From the NCBI GenBank assembly GCA_040755995.1, contig JBFMAF010000039.1:1-44648 (forward strand): 44,648 nt of DNA. Direction: 5' to 3'. The translations under genes and the position numbers were made by a program. The DNA comes from Acidobacteriota bacterium (GTDB lineage: Bacteria > Acidobacteriota > CAIWXX01). Under the pieces are notes generated by a model. The model was not told where the DNA came from. It did not search any database and saw only the letters and a program-made list of their open reading frames with translations. This document shows, piece by piece, positions 26,895-36,948 of this stretch. Position 1 is the stretch's first letter. Every line of letters starts with the position of its first letter.

Positions 26895-27072
26895 CACACA
26901 CTTCGCTTGCAGACCTCCCAGGTACGCACCAGCGCAGCACGCGGTGTGACTTCCGGAACGGCCGCCCCACGACCGAGGGATTCCTGCGGGCCGCGATGTG
27001 GTAGGATTGCTCCCGGCCATGAAGCCGGTATCAAGCACGCCAACTATCTTCATTATCAGCAGGTGGTGAATC

Positions 27073-30000
27073 ATGAAGGCAATTGCTGTCATCCTGTCCC
27101 TGTGCATCCCGGTTGCAGTCGGAGCGGCCGATACGGACGTCGATAAGAAACCGCTGACGAAGCTGGAAGAGCGCGAGAAGTTCAATCCCGCCGCAAGGGG
27201 AATGGCCGCTTCCGTGCGACTCGAAGGATTCGAGGCGCGGCAGGAGATGGAGCGGGTTTCGCGATTCAAGAACGTGGAATTCCGGAGCGTCGGGCCGGAG
27301 ATCCAGAGTTGCCGGGTTGTCGACGTGGACATCCCGCCGGATTCCCCCGAGACGATCATCGTGGCCTATGCGTCCGGAGGTCTATATGTCTCGAAGTCAC
27401 AGGGGATAGCCTGGGAGCCGATTTTCGACAAGCAGTCGTCGATGACCATCGGAGATATAGCCGTCGTCGACTCGAAGACGATCTGGGTGGGAACGGGCGA
27501 GAACAATTCCAGCCGGACCTCATACTCGGGAACCGGTGTCTTCAAGACCACCGATGGCGGCAGGACCTGGACGAACATGGGCCTCCACGACAGCCACCAC
27601 ATCGGCCGTATCGTGGTGGATCCGCGAGATCCCAACGTCGTGTACGTCGCCGCCCTGGGGCACCTCTATACGGAGAACGAAGAACGCGGCGTCTTCAAGA
27701 CGACCGACGGCGGCAAGAGTTGGCAGAAGTGCCTCTACGTGAACGAGCGGACCGGCGCTATCGACATGGCACAGGACCCGAAGTCGCCGGACACGCTGTA
27801 TGCGGCCACCTGGGAACGGGATCGCAAGGCATGGAATTTTCTGGAGAGCGGCCCCGGGAGCGGCATATACAAGACGACCGATGCGGGGAACACCTGGCAG
27901 AAGGTGGCTGGCGGCTTCCCGGCCGACGAGTACGCCGGGCGTATCGGCCTGGCTATCTACCCCGCCGACCCTCAGGTGATCTACGCGACCGTGGATAACC
28001 AACATCGGAAACCGCCGGCCGAGGTCCCCGACGAGGATACTCCCTCGGGCGAGCTCACGCCCCGGCGCCTTCGCGGCTTGACGAAGGAACAGTTCTTGGC
28101 CGTCGACAAGGGCGTGCTGGCGCGCTTCTTGAAAAGCTACGGCTACCCCGAAGATATAAAAGCAGAGAGCCTGATCGAACAGGTGAAGAAGGGAGAGGTC
28201 ACGCTGAAGGATATCATCGACTGGCTCGACGACGCCGACCGGAACCTCTTCGAGGCTGAGATCGTCGGGCCCGAAGTGTATCGGTCGAATGACGGTGGCA
28301 GGACCTGGGCGAAGACCCACCAAACCCGCATCGACCAGTTCGTATACACCTATGGCTACTACTTTGGGCAGGTGCGCGTCGCCCCGGACAATCCCGATCG
28401 CATCTATCTGCTCGGGGTCCCGATCATCACCTCGGATGACGGAGGCAAGACGTTCCGCGGGATCAACGGGCCCGGCGTTCACGGGGATCACCACGCGTTG
28501 TGGATCGACCCGCAGCACCCCGAGCACCTGGCGCTCGGGAACGACGGCGGACTGAACATCTCATGGGACAACGGCAAGACGTGGCAGAAAGTGAACAATG
28601 TCCCGGTGGGGCAGTTCACCACTGTGGCCGTGGACATGGCAGAACCGTTCAACATCTACGGCGGGCTCCAGGACAACGGCGTCATGAAGGGACCGAGCAC
28701 CTACAGGCCCGGCAACGACGACCTGTGGACCTGGGACATGATCTACGGCGGTGATGGTGGCGCGGTGGAGATCGATTCGCGCGACAACACCACGGTCTAC
28801 ACCGAGTCTCAGTTCGGGTACGTCAGCCGCCTGAACACGGAGACCCGTGACCGCAAATCGATTCGCCCCAAGCATGCCCTCAAGGAGCCCGCGTACCGAT
28901 TCAACTGGGTCTCCCCGATCCTGCTGTCCCCGCACAGCCCCGACATCGTCTACTTCGGCGGGAACAAGCTGTTCCGCTCCTTGAACCGCGGCGACAAGTG
29001 GACACCTGTCAGCGGCGATCTGACGTCGAACCGCGAACAGGGCGACGTCCCGTTCGGGACGCTCACCACCGTCAGCGAGTCCCCGAAGACTTTTGGCCTC
29101 CTCTACGCCGGCACCGACGAAGGCAAGGTCTGGGGGACGCGCGACGGCGGGTACGCGTGGACCGACCTTAGCACCGGGATCGCGCCGGATCGCTGGGTCA
29201 CGCGCGTGGTGGCCTCTTCTCACGATGAACACACGGTCTACGCAACACAGAACGGGTACAGAAACGACGACTTCTCCCCTTATGTCTGGAAGTCGACCGA
29301 CGACGGCAAGACCTGGGCGTCGATCGCCGCCGGCTTGCCGGCGGAACCGGTCAATGTCATCCGCGAAGATCCGAAAAACAAGAACATCCTGTACGTCGGC
29401 ACCGACCTCGGGTGCTTCGTCTCGCTCGACGGCGGAGCGAAGTGGGAGGCGCTAGCCGGAGATCTTCCGAATGCACCCGTGCATGACATGGTGGTCCACT
29501 CGCGCGACGCCGACCTCGTGCTCGGGACCCACGGACGAAGCGTATTCGTGGCGCACCTCGGAGAGCTGCAGAAGCTCACGCCCGAGATTCAGGCCAAGGA
29601 CGTGCACGCCTTCGAGATCAAGGACGTGACCGCAAGCCGCGATTGGGGTTACGGACTGCACCCGTGGTTCATGGACGAAGAAGACCTGCCCAAGGTAAAG
29701 ATAGGATACTGGCTGCTCGCCGGACAGGCGGCGAGCATCAGGATCAAGGACGACATGGGGAACATACTGCGGGAGATCCAGACGACCGGCGATACAGGCA
29801 TGAACTACTGCGAGTGGGACCTCACGGTGGATCGGGCAAAGGCGGAGGCGGCGGAGAAGCTGCGGAAGACGAAGGAGGCGAAACAGCGGAAGGAAACCAA
29901 ATCGAAGACACGCCCGGAGACCCAGGCTCTGGACGCTGCTCTGAAGGACCCCTACGAGACCAACCACGCACGATACGTCACACCGGGAACGTACACGATT

Positions 30001-30081
30001 GAGATCACGGCCGGAGGGAAGAGCGATTCGACCAAATTGACCGTCAAGCCGCCCAAGGACGAAGATCAGGCTGAGGACTAG
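27073..30081 (+). CDS. Secreted VPS10/BNR (Asp-box) beta-propeller protein, glycosyl hydrolase-like
   Basis: Signal peptide; many xTxDGGxTW repeats; WVGTGE, DHHALWIDP, GNDGG, GGLQDNG, THGR. Confidence 0.9.
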   Translation: MKAIAVILSLCIPVAVGAADTDVDKKPLTKLEEREKFNPAARGMAASVRLEGFEARQEMERVSRFKNVEFRSVGPEIQSCRVVDVDIPPDSPETIIVAYASGGLYVSKSQGIAWEPIFDKQSSMTIGDIAVVDSKTIWVGTGENNSSRTSYSGTGVFKTTDGGRTWTNMGLHDSHHIGRIVVDPRDPNVVYVAALGHLYTENEERGVFKTTDGGKSWQKCLYVNERTGAIDMAQDPKSPDTLYAATWERDRKAWNFLESGPGSGIYKTTDAGNTWQKVAGGFPADEYAGRIGLAIYPADPQVIYATVDNQHRKPPAEVPDEDTPSGELTPRRLRGLTKEQFLAVDKGVLARFLKSYGYPEDIKAESLIEQVKKGEVTLKDIIDWLDDADRNLFEAEIVGPEVYRSNDGGRTWAKTHQTRIDQFVYTYGYYFGQVRVAPDNPDRIYLLGVPIITSDDGGKTFRGINGPGVHGDHHALWIDPQHPEHLALGNDGGLNISWDNGKTWQKVNNVPVGQFTTVAVDMAEPFNIYGGLQDNGVMKGPSTYRPGNDDLWTWDMIYGGDGGAVEIDSRDNTTVYTESQFGYVSRLNTETRDRKSIRPKHALKEPAYRFNWVSPILLSPHSPDIVYFGGNKLFRSLNRGDKWTPVSGDLTSNREQGDVPFGTLTTVSESPKTFGLLYAGTDEGKVWGTRDGGYAWTDLSTGIAPDRWVTRVVASSHDEHTVYATQNGYRNDDFSPYVWKSTDDGKTWASIAAGLPAEPVNVIREDPKNKNILYVGTDLGCFVSLDGGAKWEALAGDLPNAPVHDMVVHSRDADLVLGTHGRSVFVAHLGELQKLTPEIQAKDVHAFEIKDVTASRDWGYGLHPWFMDEEDLPKVKIGYWLLAGQAASIRIKDDMGNILREIQTTGDTGMNYCEWDLTVDRAKAEAAEKLRKTKEAKQRKETKSKTRPETQALDAALKDPYETNHARYVTPGTYTIEITAGGKSDSTKLTVKPPKDEDQAED

Positions 30082-30138
30082 CGAGGCGCGGCCTCAGACC
30101 GGTGACGCATCCGAGGCCGCTTCGGCCGCGCCTCGCGT
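30078..30138 (+). repeat. 61-bp CTAG-anchored hairpin element, copy 1
   Basis: 53/61 identical to 44521-44581; GCGAGGCGCGGCC...GGCCGCGCCTCGC arms. Confidence 0.85.
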
Positions 30139-30182
30139 GGTGAGTCGAGAGTGGCGGCCACCCGTTGTAGGAGGAGAAACCT

Positions 30183-31484
30183 GTGCATACCGACGATTAC
30201 CGCAGAAAGCTAACGTCGCCGGAGAGCGCCGTCGCTGCGATCCGCGACAACAGCACGCTGTTCTATGGTCTGGTGATGGCCGAGCCGCCGGCGCTGCTCG
30301 AAGCCACGGCGCAGCGTGTGCGCTGCGGCGACCTGAAGAAGCTCACTGTATTCTCATCCCTGCCTCTGCGCCACAGCCTGAGCACCCTGCTGAGTCCGGA
30401 TCTGGTCGACCGCGTAGACGTCATGACATGCTTCGTGAGCGGCGGAGAGCGCGGCCTGGTGCGCACGGCACTGAACCTGTTCGTGCCGTCTCACCTCCAC
30501 CAGGTGCCTCGGCTGATCAGGGAGACCATGCAGGTCGATGTGCTGATCACCACCGTGTCTCCGATGGATGCGGCCGGCTATTTCACGTTCGGCACGGCCA
30601 ACGACTTCACGTCAACGGCGGCTCGGTGCGCGAAGCTGCTGCTGGTGGAGGTGAATCAGAACATGCCCCGGGTCTTCGGGGATTCGCTCCTGCACGTCTC
30701 GGAGGTCGACGCCATCGTCGAAAACCACCGGCAGCTCATGGAGACACCCCCTGAGAAGCCCAAACCGGTGGACGAGATCATCGGGCGCAGGATCGCCGAG
30801 CTTGTGCCCGACGGCGGCACAATCCAGCTCGGCATCGGCGCCTTGCCCAACACAGTGGCCTCGTTCCTGGAGAATCACAAGGATCTGGGCATCCACACAG
30901 AGGCCTTCGGACCGGGGATGGTCAGCCTGATCAAGAAGGGCGCGGTCACAGGGGCGCGGAAGACGTTGCATCCCAGGAAACACGTCTTCACATTCGCGCT
31001 CGGCGACCGCGAGATGCTCGATTTCATGCACGACAATCCCGCCGTCGAAAGCTATCCTGTCTCCCACACCAACCACCCGTCCGTTATCGCGATGAACGAC
31101 AACCTGATCTCGATCAACTCCGTGATCGAAGTCGACTTGCTGGGACAGTGCAACGCCGAGCATCTGGGGGGTCACCAGTTCAGCGGCACAGGCGGCCAGC
31201 TGGACTTCGTCCGCGGCGCTTACGACTCCAAGGGCGGCAAGTCCATCCTGGCGTTCCACTCGACTGCCGGGAAAGGCGAGATCTCGCGGATCGTTCCGCG
31301 TCTCGCCTCCGGCACCCAGGTCACCACACCGAGGATGGATGTGCACTACCTCGTCACCGAACACGGTACGGCCAACCTGAAAGGCAAATCGACACGAGAT
31401 CGCGCCCTGGCGACGATCGAGCTCGCTCATCCGAAGTTCCGCGCCGAGCTGCTCCGCGCCGCCGAAGACATGTACCTGCTGTAG
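30183..31484 (+). CDS. Acetyl-CoA hydrolase / 4-hydroxybutyrate CoA-transferase family
   Basis: EVNQNMPR, TIQLGIGALP, LGIHTE, EVDLLGQ, SGTGGQLDFVRGA, SKGGKS, VTEHG; GGAG RBS. Confidence 0.93.
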   Translation: MHTDDYRRKLTSPESAVAAIRDNSTLFYGLVMAEPPALLEATAQRVRCGDLKKLTVFSSLPLRHSLSTLLSPDLVDRVDVMTCFVSGGERGLVRTALNLFVPSHLHQVPRLIRETMQVDVLITTVSPMDAAGYFTFGTANDFTSTAARCAKLLLVEVNQNMPRVFGDSLLHVSEVDAIVENHRQLMETPPEKPKPVDEIIGRRIAELVPDGGTIQLGIGALPNTVASFLENHKDLGIHTEAFGPGMVSLIKKGAVTGARKTLHPRKHVFTFALGDREMLDFMHDNPAVESYPVSHTNHPSVIAMNDNLISINSVIEVDLLGQCNAEHLGGHQFSGTGGQLDFVRGAYDSKGGKSILAFHSTAGKGEISRIVPRLASGTQVTTPRMDVHYLVTEHGTANLKGKSTRDRALATIELAHPKFRAELLRAAEDMYLL

Positions 31485-31720
31485 TGTCCCGCCGCGACAG
31501 GTATCTGTATCTTCTGTTCGGCCACAGGAGCTATCCTGCGCTGCCGCCTCGTCCCAAGCGGTTTCATCTTCCCTGGTAAGGAAGACTCTGACCGGCTCTG
31601 CCTGGCGCTGGACGCCTTTGGCCACTTCTTACCGTGCGCAACCTGGTCGCTGACTCGTCCGCGCGGGTGAACGGCGAATTGGGAATCGGGGTGGCCGCGG
31701 AGCCCGTCCGGCGCGGACCC

Positions 31721-32083
31721 TCATCTGAAGAGCGCAATCCATTTCGCAAGGATAAGATCGAAAGTCCTCTTGTCGAAGGTCCCAAGAAACCTCTTCACTC
31801 GGGCTGCATCGAGCGACCGAGCCTGATCCAGAAGGACGATGGAGTCGACAGGCAGGCCACCGGTCCCATTCGGAACAGGAAGGTAGAGATCAGGCGCCGA
31901 CTTCGCCCATTGCTGTCCCCGGTCCGCGGTGAGGGGAACAGTGAGCAGCACTGGGAAGCGTGGCCTGGAAGGCACGGCCAGAACTAGGGCAGGACGGAAA
32001 CCTTCTTGCTCACGCCCTCTGGGATCGTGCTCTGGGAAACTCGCCAGAAAAACGTCTGCGGGCCTGGGACCACGCGTATTCAT
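31721..32083 (-). CDS. mazF: PemK/MazF-family endoribonuclease toxin
   Basis: DP.GREQEGFRPALVL, VPLT, DSIVLLDQARSLDAAR. Confidence 0.9.
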   Translation of the reverse strand: MNTRGPRPADVFLASFPEHDPRGREQEGFRPALVLAVPSRPRFPVLLTVPLTADRGQQWAKSAPDLYLPVPNGTGGLPVDSIVLLDQARSLDAARVKRFLGTFDKRTFDLILAKWIALFR

Positions 32084-32403
32084 CGGCTGGCCTTCACCAC
32101 GAAGGCCCCATTAGGTAGATGGCGCACAGGTGCGCCGAGCCGGCCCAGTTCCATCCCGTTGAAATCGTAGGGTTCGAACTCGCCAAGCCGGGAGATATCC
32201 GATCCCATCCAATCCCGATCCTCCGGCGACATGCCAACTGCGTCCGACTCCAACGACTCCAGCCCCTTCTGGATTACCATGCGGACGGCATCTGTCCGAG
32301 TAGCGCCTGGGACCTGCCTGGACAACCACTCCCGCACCCGTTCCACCCGCCGGAACAAGTCATCCGCGATCCGGATGTTGACAAGATGAGATGTAGCGTT
32401 CAT
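32080..32403 (-). CDS. Putative antitoxin with N-terminal ribbon-helix-helix (107 aa)
   Basis: LVNIRIADDLFRRVE...TRTDAVRMVIQKGL; GAGG RBS; ATGA overlap with the toxin gene. Confidence 0.8.
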   Translation of the reverse strand: MNATSHLVNIRIADDLFRRVERVREWLSRQVPGATRTDAVRMVIQKGLESLESDAVGMSPEDRDWMGSDISRLGEFEPYDFNGMELGRLGAPVRHLPNGAFVVKASR

Positions 32404-32423
32404 TTCGTCACCTCTTGTGAGAC

Positions 32424-32451
32424 ATTGTAATGCAGCCGTTGCTGTTGTCAA
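32424..32451 (-). promoter_or_regulatory. Promoter of the toxin-antitoxin pair
   Basis: Minus strand TTGACA-16nt-TACAAT. Confidence 0.7.
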
Positions 32452-32507
32452 CCAGGGCCTGTTTGCCGTGGACGGTCGCAGATGAGCGTGTGGTTGGTGC
32501 CTGCCGG

Positions 32508-33041
32508 CTACCACACGAAATCGGGGTAGGTGCGATCGCGGGCGATGATAGTCCGCTCCTCCATCGCAGGCCACTCGACGCCGAAAGCCGGGTCGTCCCA
32601 GCGGACTCCGCGCGCGAGCTCGGGCGCGTACCGGTTGTTCACGTGATAAGCGACATGCGTGTTGTCTTCGAGCGTCTGGTATCCGTGCGCGAGTCCCTCC
32701 GGCACGTAGAGCAGCTTGCCGTTGGCGGCGGTCAGCTCGACGCTCACCCACTTCCTGAAGGTGGCGGACTCACTTCGCAAGTCGATGACCACATCATATA
32801 TCGCGCCTGCCAGGCACTGAACGAGCTTGGCCTGGGCGAACGGCGGGTCCTGGTAGTGCATGCCGCGAAGCGTGCCGCGTCTGCGATTCATGGCGACGTT
32901 GCTCTGCAGCACCGTCAGGCGGATGTCGTGCTTTTCAAATTCCCCGGCACAGAAACAGGTGGAGAAGTATCCCCGCTCGTCCTCGAAGCGCCGGGGTTTG
33001 ACCACGACCACGCCGGGCAGAATTGTCGTAGTGAATTGCAT
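32508..33041 (-). CDS. rfbC: dTDP-4-dehydrorhamnose 3,5-epimerase
   Basis: DERGYF, GTLRGMHYQ, QAKLV, DVVIDLR..S.TF, LYVPEGLAHGYQTL, RWDDP. Confidence 0.93.
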   Translation of the reverse strand: MQFTTTILPGVVVVKPRRFEDERGYFSTCFCAGEFEKHDIRLTVLQSNVAMNRRRGTLRGMHYQDPPFAQAKLVQCLAGAIYDVVIDLRSESATFRKWVSVELTAANGKLLYVPEGLAHGYQTLEDNTHVAYHVNNRYAPELARGVRWDDPAFGVEWPAMEERTIIARDRTYPDFVW

Positions 33042-33051
33042 GAGCTCCCCG

Positions 33052-34293
33052 TCACTCCGTTGGATTGAACGGCTTGAGATCGGTCTCCATCGGAAGGCGC
33101 ACCGTGAAACGCGTCCCCTCACCCTCGATGCTCTCGACGGCGATATCGCCCTTGTGCTCCTCCAGTATTCGCTTCGCGATCGCAAGCCCGAGACCCGTTC
33201 CCGTTTCCTTCGTGGTAAAGAACGGATCGAAGATGGACTCCACCTGATCCTGCGGAATCCCGCAGCCGGTATCGGTCACCTCCACCGCCACCTCGCGATC
33301 CTCGGCGCGGCTTTCGACCCTGAGCTTTCCCCCCGCCGGCATCGCATGAAGGGCGTTGATGATGAGATTCAGGAACACCTGCAGCATGCGTTCGCCGTCG
33401 ATCATCAGCCGCACCCCGTCGCATGAGCTGCGGCGATCGATCTCGACGCCGGCGTCGAGCCGCTGGCTTTCGGTAAGCGTCACGGCACGGTCGATAACCT
33501 CTTCGATACTGTGTTCCCGTGCATGCAGCACGCCCTTTCGCGAGAAATGCAGCAGATCCTTGATGATGCGGTCCATGCGGTCGATCTCTTCGATGATGAG
33601 GCTTGTGTACTGGCCGATCTGCTCCGGAGTCGTCTTCGGGCGGCCGATGAGGAACGTGAACCCCTTGATGCTAGTGAGCGGGTTGCGCACTTCGTGCGCC
33701 ACCCGCGCCGCGAACTCGCCGATGACGGCCAGCCGTTCGACGTCCAGAAGCTTCTTCTCCAGCTTGTGCTTCTCGATGGCCGTCGCACCCTGACGTGCCA
33801 TGACGGTCAGCATCTTCTGATCCCCGGATGTGAATATCTCATCGCTGGAACGCCTGCAGATGCAGATGGCACCCAGGATCTTGTTGCGCACCAGGAGCGG
33901 GACGGCAAGAAACGCCCGCAGATTCATCTCCGGCCGGTAGTAGGGCATCGTGCGGAGGTCGTTGTGAAGGCTCGGCCTGCCCGTGTCGACTACGCGGGTT
34001 ACGATCTGCGCGTTCAGCTCGTGCGCCACCTCCCCCTCGACCCCGTGCAGCGCAACGGTATGCACGCGCCCGCTTCTTTCGTCCCTCAATACCACCCAGC
34101 CGCCCTCTGCTTCGAGCCGTTCGATGGCGAGCTTGGCCAGGTTCTGGATCGTCTGGTCGATGCTGGAGCTGCTCGTGAATATCTCGGTGAGGTCGTAGAC
34201 CAGGTTGAGCTCTTCGAACGTCTCGAGCAGCTTCTCGGTGAGGCTCTGTATCTTCTCGGTGAGCTTACGTTCTGCTTCGGCGGTCAGAGGCAT
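33052..34293 (-). CDS. GAF-domain sensor histidine kinase
   Basis: GAF (LAVPL...LGAICI), H-box AHEVRNPL, N-box QVFLNLIINA, DTGCGI, FDPFFTTK, GTGLGL. Confidence 0.93.
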   Translation of the reverse strand: MPLTAEAERKLTEKIQSLTEKLLETFEELNLVYDLTEIFTSSSSIDQTIQNLAKLAIERLEAEGGWVVLRDERSGRVHTVALHGVEGEVAHELNAQIVTRVVDTGRPSLHNDLRTMPYYRPEMNLRAFLAVPLLVRNKILGAICICRRSSDEIFTSGDQKMLTVMARQGATAIEKHKLEKKLLDVERLAVIGEFAARVAHEVRNPLTSIKGFTFLIGRPKTTPEQIGQYTSLIIEEIDRMDRIIKDLLHFSRKGVLHAREHSIEEVIDRAVTLTESQRLDAGVEIDRRSSCDGVRLMIDGERMLQVFLNLIINALHAMPAGGKLRVESRAEDREVAVEVTDTGCGIPQDQVESIFDPFFTTKETGTGLGLAIAKRILEEHKGDIAVESIEGEGTRFTVRLPMETDLKPFNPTE

Positions 34294-34300
34294 GCGGTCT

Positions 34301-36493
34301 CTACGCCAGGCGCCCTTCGGCGGACACCGGCTCCGTCTCAGCCGGGATGCTCGGCTGGTGTGAAGGAAGCGTGAAGTAGAACGTGGACCCCTGCCCTTCG
34401 ACGGATGTCACCCAGATCCGCCCACCATGGTGGCGGATGATCTCGCCGCAGATGGCCAGTCCCAGCCCGATTCCGCCGCGCTCGCGCGAAGATGTCGCGT
34501 CGACCTGGTGGAACTTGTCAAAAATCCTGGTCAGGTTGTCTTCCCTGATCCCGATTCCGGTGTCGGCCACCGAGATCGTGACCTCGTTGAGGTAATGCTC
34601 GACCTTCAACGCCACCTCTCCCCCGACCCGATTGAACTTCACCGCATTGCCGATGAGGTTGAAGACCACCTGGAAGATGCGATCCCAGTCGCCGTAGACA
34701 TGGGGGATGGGGCCGTCGGCGTTGAAGGTGATACGCAGCTTCTTGGTCTCGGCGATGGGCGAGGACGCCTGGATCGCCTCGCGAATCACCTCCTCGATCA
34801 CGAAGGGCTTCATCTTCCACTGCATCTTGCCGGCTTCGAGCTTGGACAGATCGAGGATGTCATCGATCAGACGCGTCAGCCGTTCAGTCTCCTTCTGTAT
34901 GATGGCGAGGAAGCGGGCGCGAGACGTACTGTCCTCGCCGCTTTCGTCCATCAGAATTTCAGCGAAAGCGCGGATCGAGGTGAGTGGCGTGCGGAGCTCA
35001 TGCGAAACGATGGCCAGGAAGTTCGACTTCAGCTCGTCGAGCCGCCTCAACTGCGCGTTGGCGGCCTCGAGCTCCGCCGTTCTCTCCCGCACCTTCCTCT
35101 CGAGCTCGACATTGAACGACTCGAGACGCGTGTAGAGCCGGGCGTTCTCGATGGCCACGGAGGCCTGGTTGGCCAGCAGCTCGATCCCCTGCAGGTCGGA
35201 ATCGCCCAGGCGCTTTTCCGGGTCTGTGCTGTAGAGGCACATCACCCCCAGCGGCTTTCCCTTGATCCTGAGCGGGGCCGCGATGAACGCCTGGAGGTTC
35301 GCCTCCTTCCTCGCGACGGCCTGGAAGATGTCCTCGTTGTCTACGCCGGTGGCAAGGAGCGGGCGTTCCTTCATCATTAGCGCGTAGGAGAGCGGCATCT
35401 CTCCGGGCCTCGATGGGATGTTGAGACGTTCCTGCTCCATTCCCGCGAGCATCATCTCTCGCAGCGTCGCCGCCTCCTCTTCGAACATCGACAGCGAGCC
35501 GTAGTCGACCCCCAGCAGCTCCATCGAAAGCGTGAGGGTCAGTTGGAGGACTTTCTCGAGGTCCAGCGTCGAGATGATGGCGAGGGAGAGCTGGTTCAGG
35601 ATCTGCAGCTCTTTGACGCGTTTCTCGAGCTGGTTCTTCGTCTCGCGAACCTGGGCGTACAGCTGGGCCAGAGTGAGGCTGGTCTTGACGGAGCTCTCGA
35701 GGAGGTCCCTCGAGTCGACCACGTAACGGAACCCGGTGTCCTCGTCCGGTGGTCGAGGGCGCTGCAGCACCGGAATGCCCCTGGGCGGCGTGCGCTCCTC
35801 ACCGGACGCCGCTCTCCCGGGCGCGGCCGGCACGTTGAGCAGCTGACGCAGCGCGTCGTCTACGTGGGCCAGCAGGCTCTTCCCTCCAATCTGTTCTATC
35901 CCCATCTGGTAACGCTGCGTCACGGAAAGCACCATCCGCTTCGATGCTTCCATGAATGTTTCGAGCACTCCCGTGCCCACCGTGGCCACCGAGAGGAAGC
36001 ACGGCAGGTTACCGGGATTGAGCTGCTGGTTGAGGACTTCCTGTGGCACCGCATCCGGCAGATCGCGCTTGTTGTACTGCATCACGATCGGGATTGAGGC
36101 CAGGTCGATCCCGTTGGCCGTCAGGTTCTCTTTGAAGTCCCCGAGGCTCTCCACGTTGTCCTCGAGTTTCGTCCTGCTGCTGTCGGCAACGAAGACGACG
36201 GCGTCGGCGCCGGCCAGCACCACCTTGCGTGTCGACTGGTACTGCGGCTGCCCAGGGACGGTGTATAGCTGCAGCTTGAGTGCGTATCCGCGGATTCTGC
36301 CGAGCGACAGGGGCAGAAGATCGAAGAACAGAGTCCGGTCCTGCATCGTGTTCAGGGAGTACAGCTCGACTTTCCGGTCGGGGTTGGCGGACCGGTGGAT
36401 GAACTGGAGATTGGTGGTCTTTCCGCCCAGTGCAGTGCCGTAGTAGACGAGCTTGGCCGTCAGCTCCTTCTTCTGATGATTGAACTGGGCCAT
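34301..36493 (-). CDS. MglA-family small GTPase fused to GAF and histidine kinase domains
   Basis: KLVYYG...GKTTNL, DRTLFFD, LYTVPGQ, NKRDL; then GAF, coiled coil, SHELRTPL, NLIGNAVKF, DTGIGI, GGIGLGL. Confidence 0.92.
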   Translation of the reverse strand: MAQFNHQKKELTAKLVYYGTALGGKTTNLQFIHRSANPDRKVELYSLNTMQDRTLFFDLLPLSLGRIRGYALKLQLYTVPGQPQYQSTRKVVLAGADAVVFVADSSRTKLEDNVESLGDFKENLTANGIDLASIPIVMQYNKRDLPDAVPQEVLNQQLNPGNLPCFLSVATVGTGVLETFMEASKRMVLSVTQRYQMGIEQIGGKSLLAHVDDALRQLLNVPAAPGRAASGEERTPPRGIPVLQRPRPPDEDTGFRYVVDSRDLLESSVKTSLTLAQLYAQVRETKNQLEKRVKELQILNQLSLAIISTLDLEKVLQLTLTLSMELLGVDYGSLSMFEEEAATLREMMLAGMEQERLNIPSRPGEMPLSYALMMKERPLLATGVDNEDIFQAVARKEANLQAFIAAPLRIKGKPLGVMCLYSTDPEKRLGDSDLQGIELLANQASVAIENARLYTRLESFNVELERKVRERTAELEAANAQLRRLDELKSNFLAIVSHELRTPLTSIRAFAEILMDESGEDSTSRARFLAIIQKETERLTRLIDDILDLSKLEAGKMQWKMKPFVIEEVIREAIQASSPIAETKKLRITFNADGPIPHVYGDWDRIFQVVFNLIGNAVKFNRVGGEVALKVEHYLNEVTISVADTGIGIREDNLTRIFDKFHQVDATSSRERGGIGLGLAICGEIIRHHGGRIWVTSVEGQGSTFYFTLPSHQPSIPAETEPVSAEGRLA

Positions 36494-36523
36494 TTAGGCT
36501 CTTTGCCCCGGCAGGCGACGCAT

Positions 36524-36898
36524 CTAGGACTCCCGGGAGAGCGCGTCCCTGATCTTCTGTTGCAGCGCCCTGGGTGAGAACGGCTTCGTCAGGTACTCGT
36601 CGGCCCCGGCCTTGAGGGCCTCCTCCTGATCTGATTCCTGGCCCCGAGCGGTCAGGATGATCACGTAGCTGCCCTTGAGCTCCGGGTCTTCCCGCAGCTC
36701 GCGGCAGACCTGGAAGCCGGTCTTCCCCGGCATCATCAGGTCCAGTACGATCAGGTCCGGACGTTGTGCCCGGGCCACATCCAGCGCCTCCACCCCGTCC
36801 TCAGCCGTGTAGACCTCGCAGCCCACCTTCCGCGCGACGTAGCTGACGGACTCGAGAATGTACGGCTCGTCGTCGCAAACGAGCACCTTCTTGAACAC
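36524..36898 (-). CDS. Single-domain response regulator
   Basis: VCDDE, LDLMMP, ILTA, TKPF. Confidence 0.92.
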   Translation of the reverse strand: MFKKVLVCDDEPYILESVSYVARKVGCEVYTAEDGVEALDVARAQRPDLIVLDLMMPGKTGFQVCRELREDPELKGSYVIILTARGQESDQEEALKAGADEYLTKPFSPRALQQKIRDALSRES

Positions 36899-36948
36899 GC
36901 TACACCATCATGCTCGAAGCAGCATTCCGTCGTGACAAACCCCGTTCA

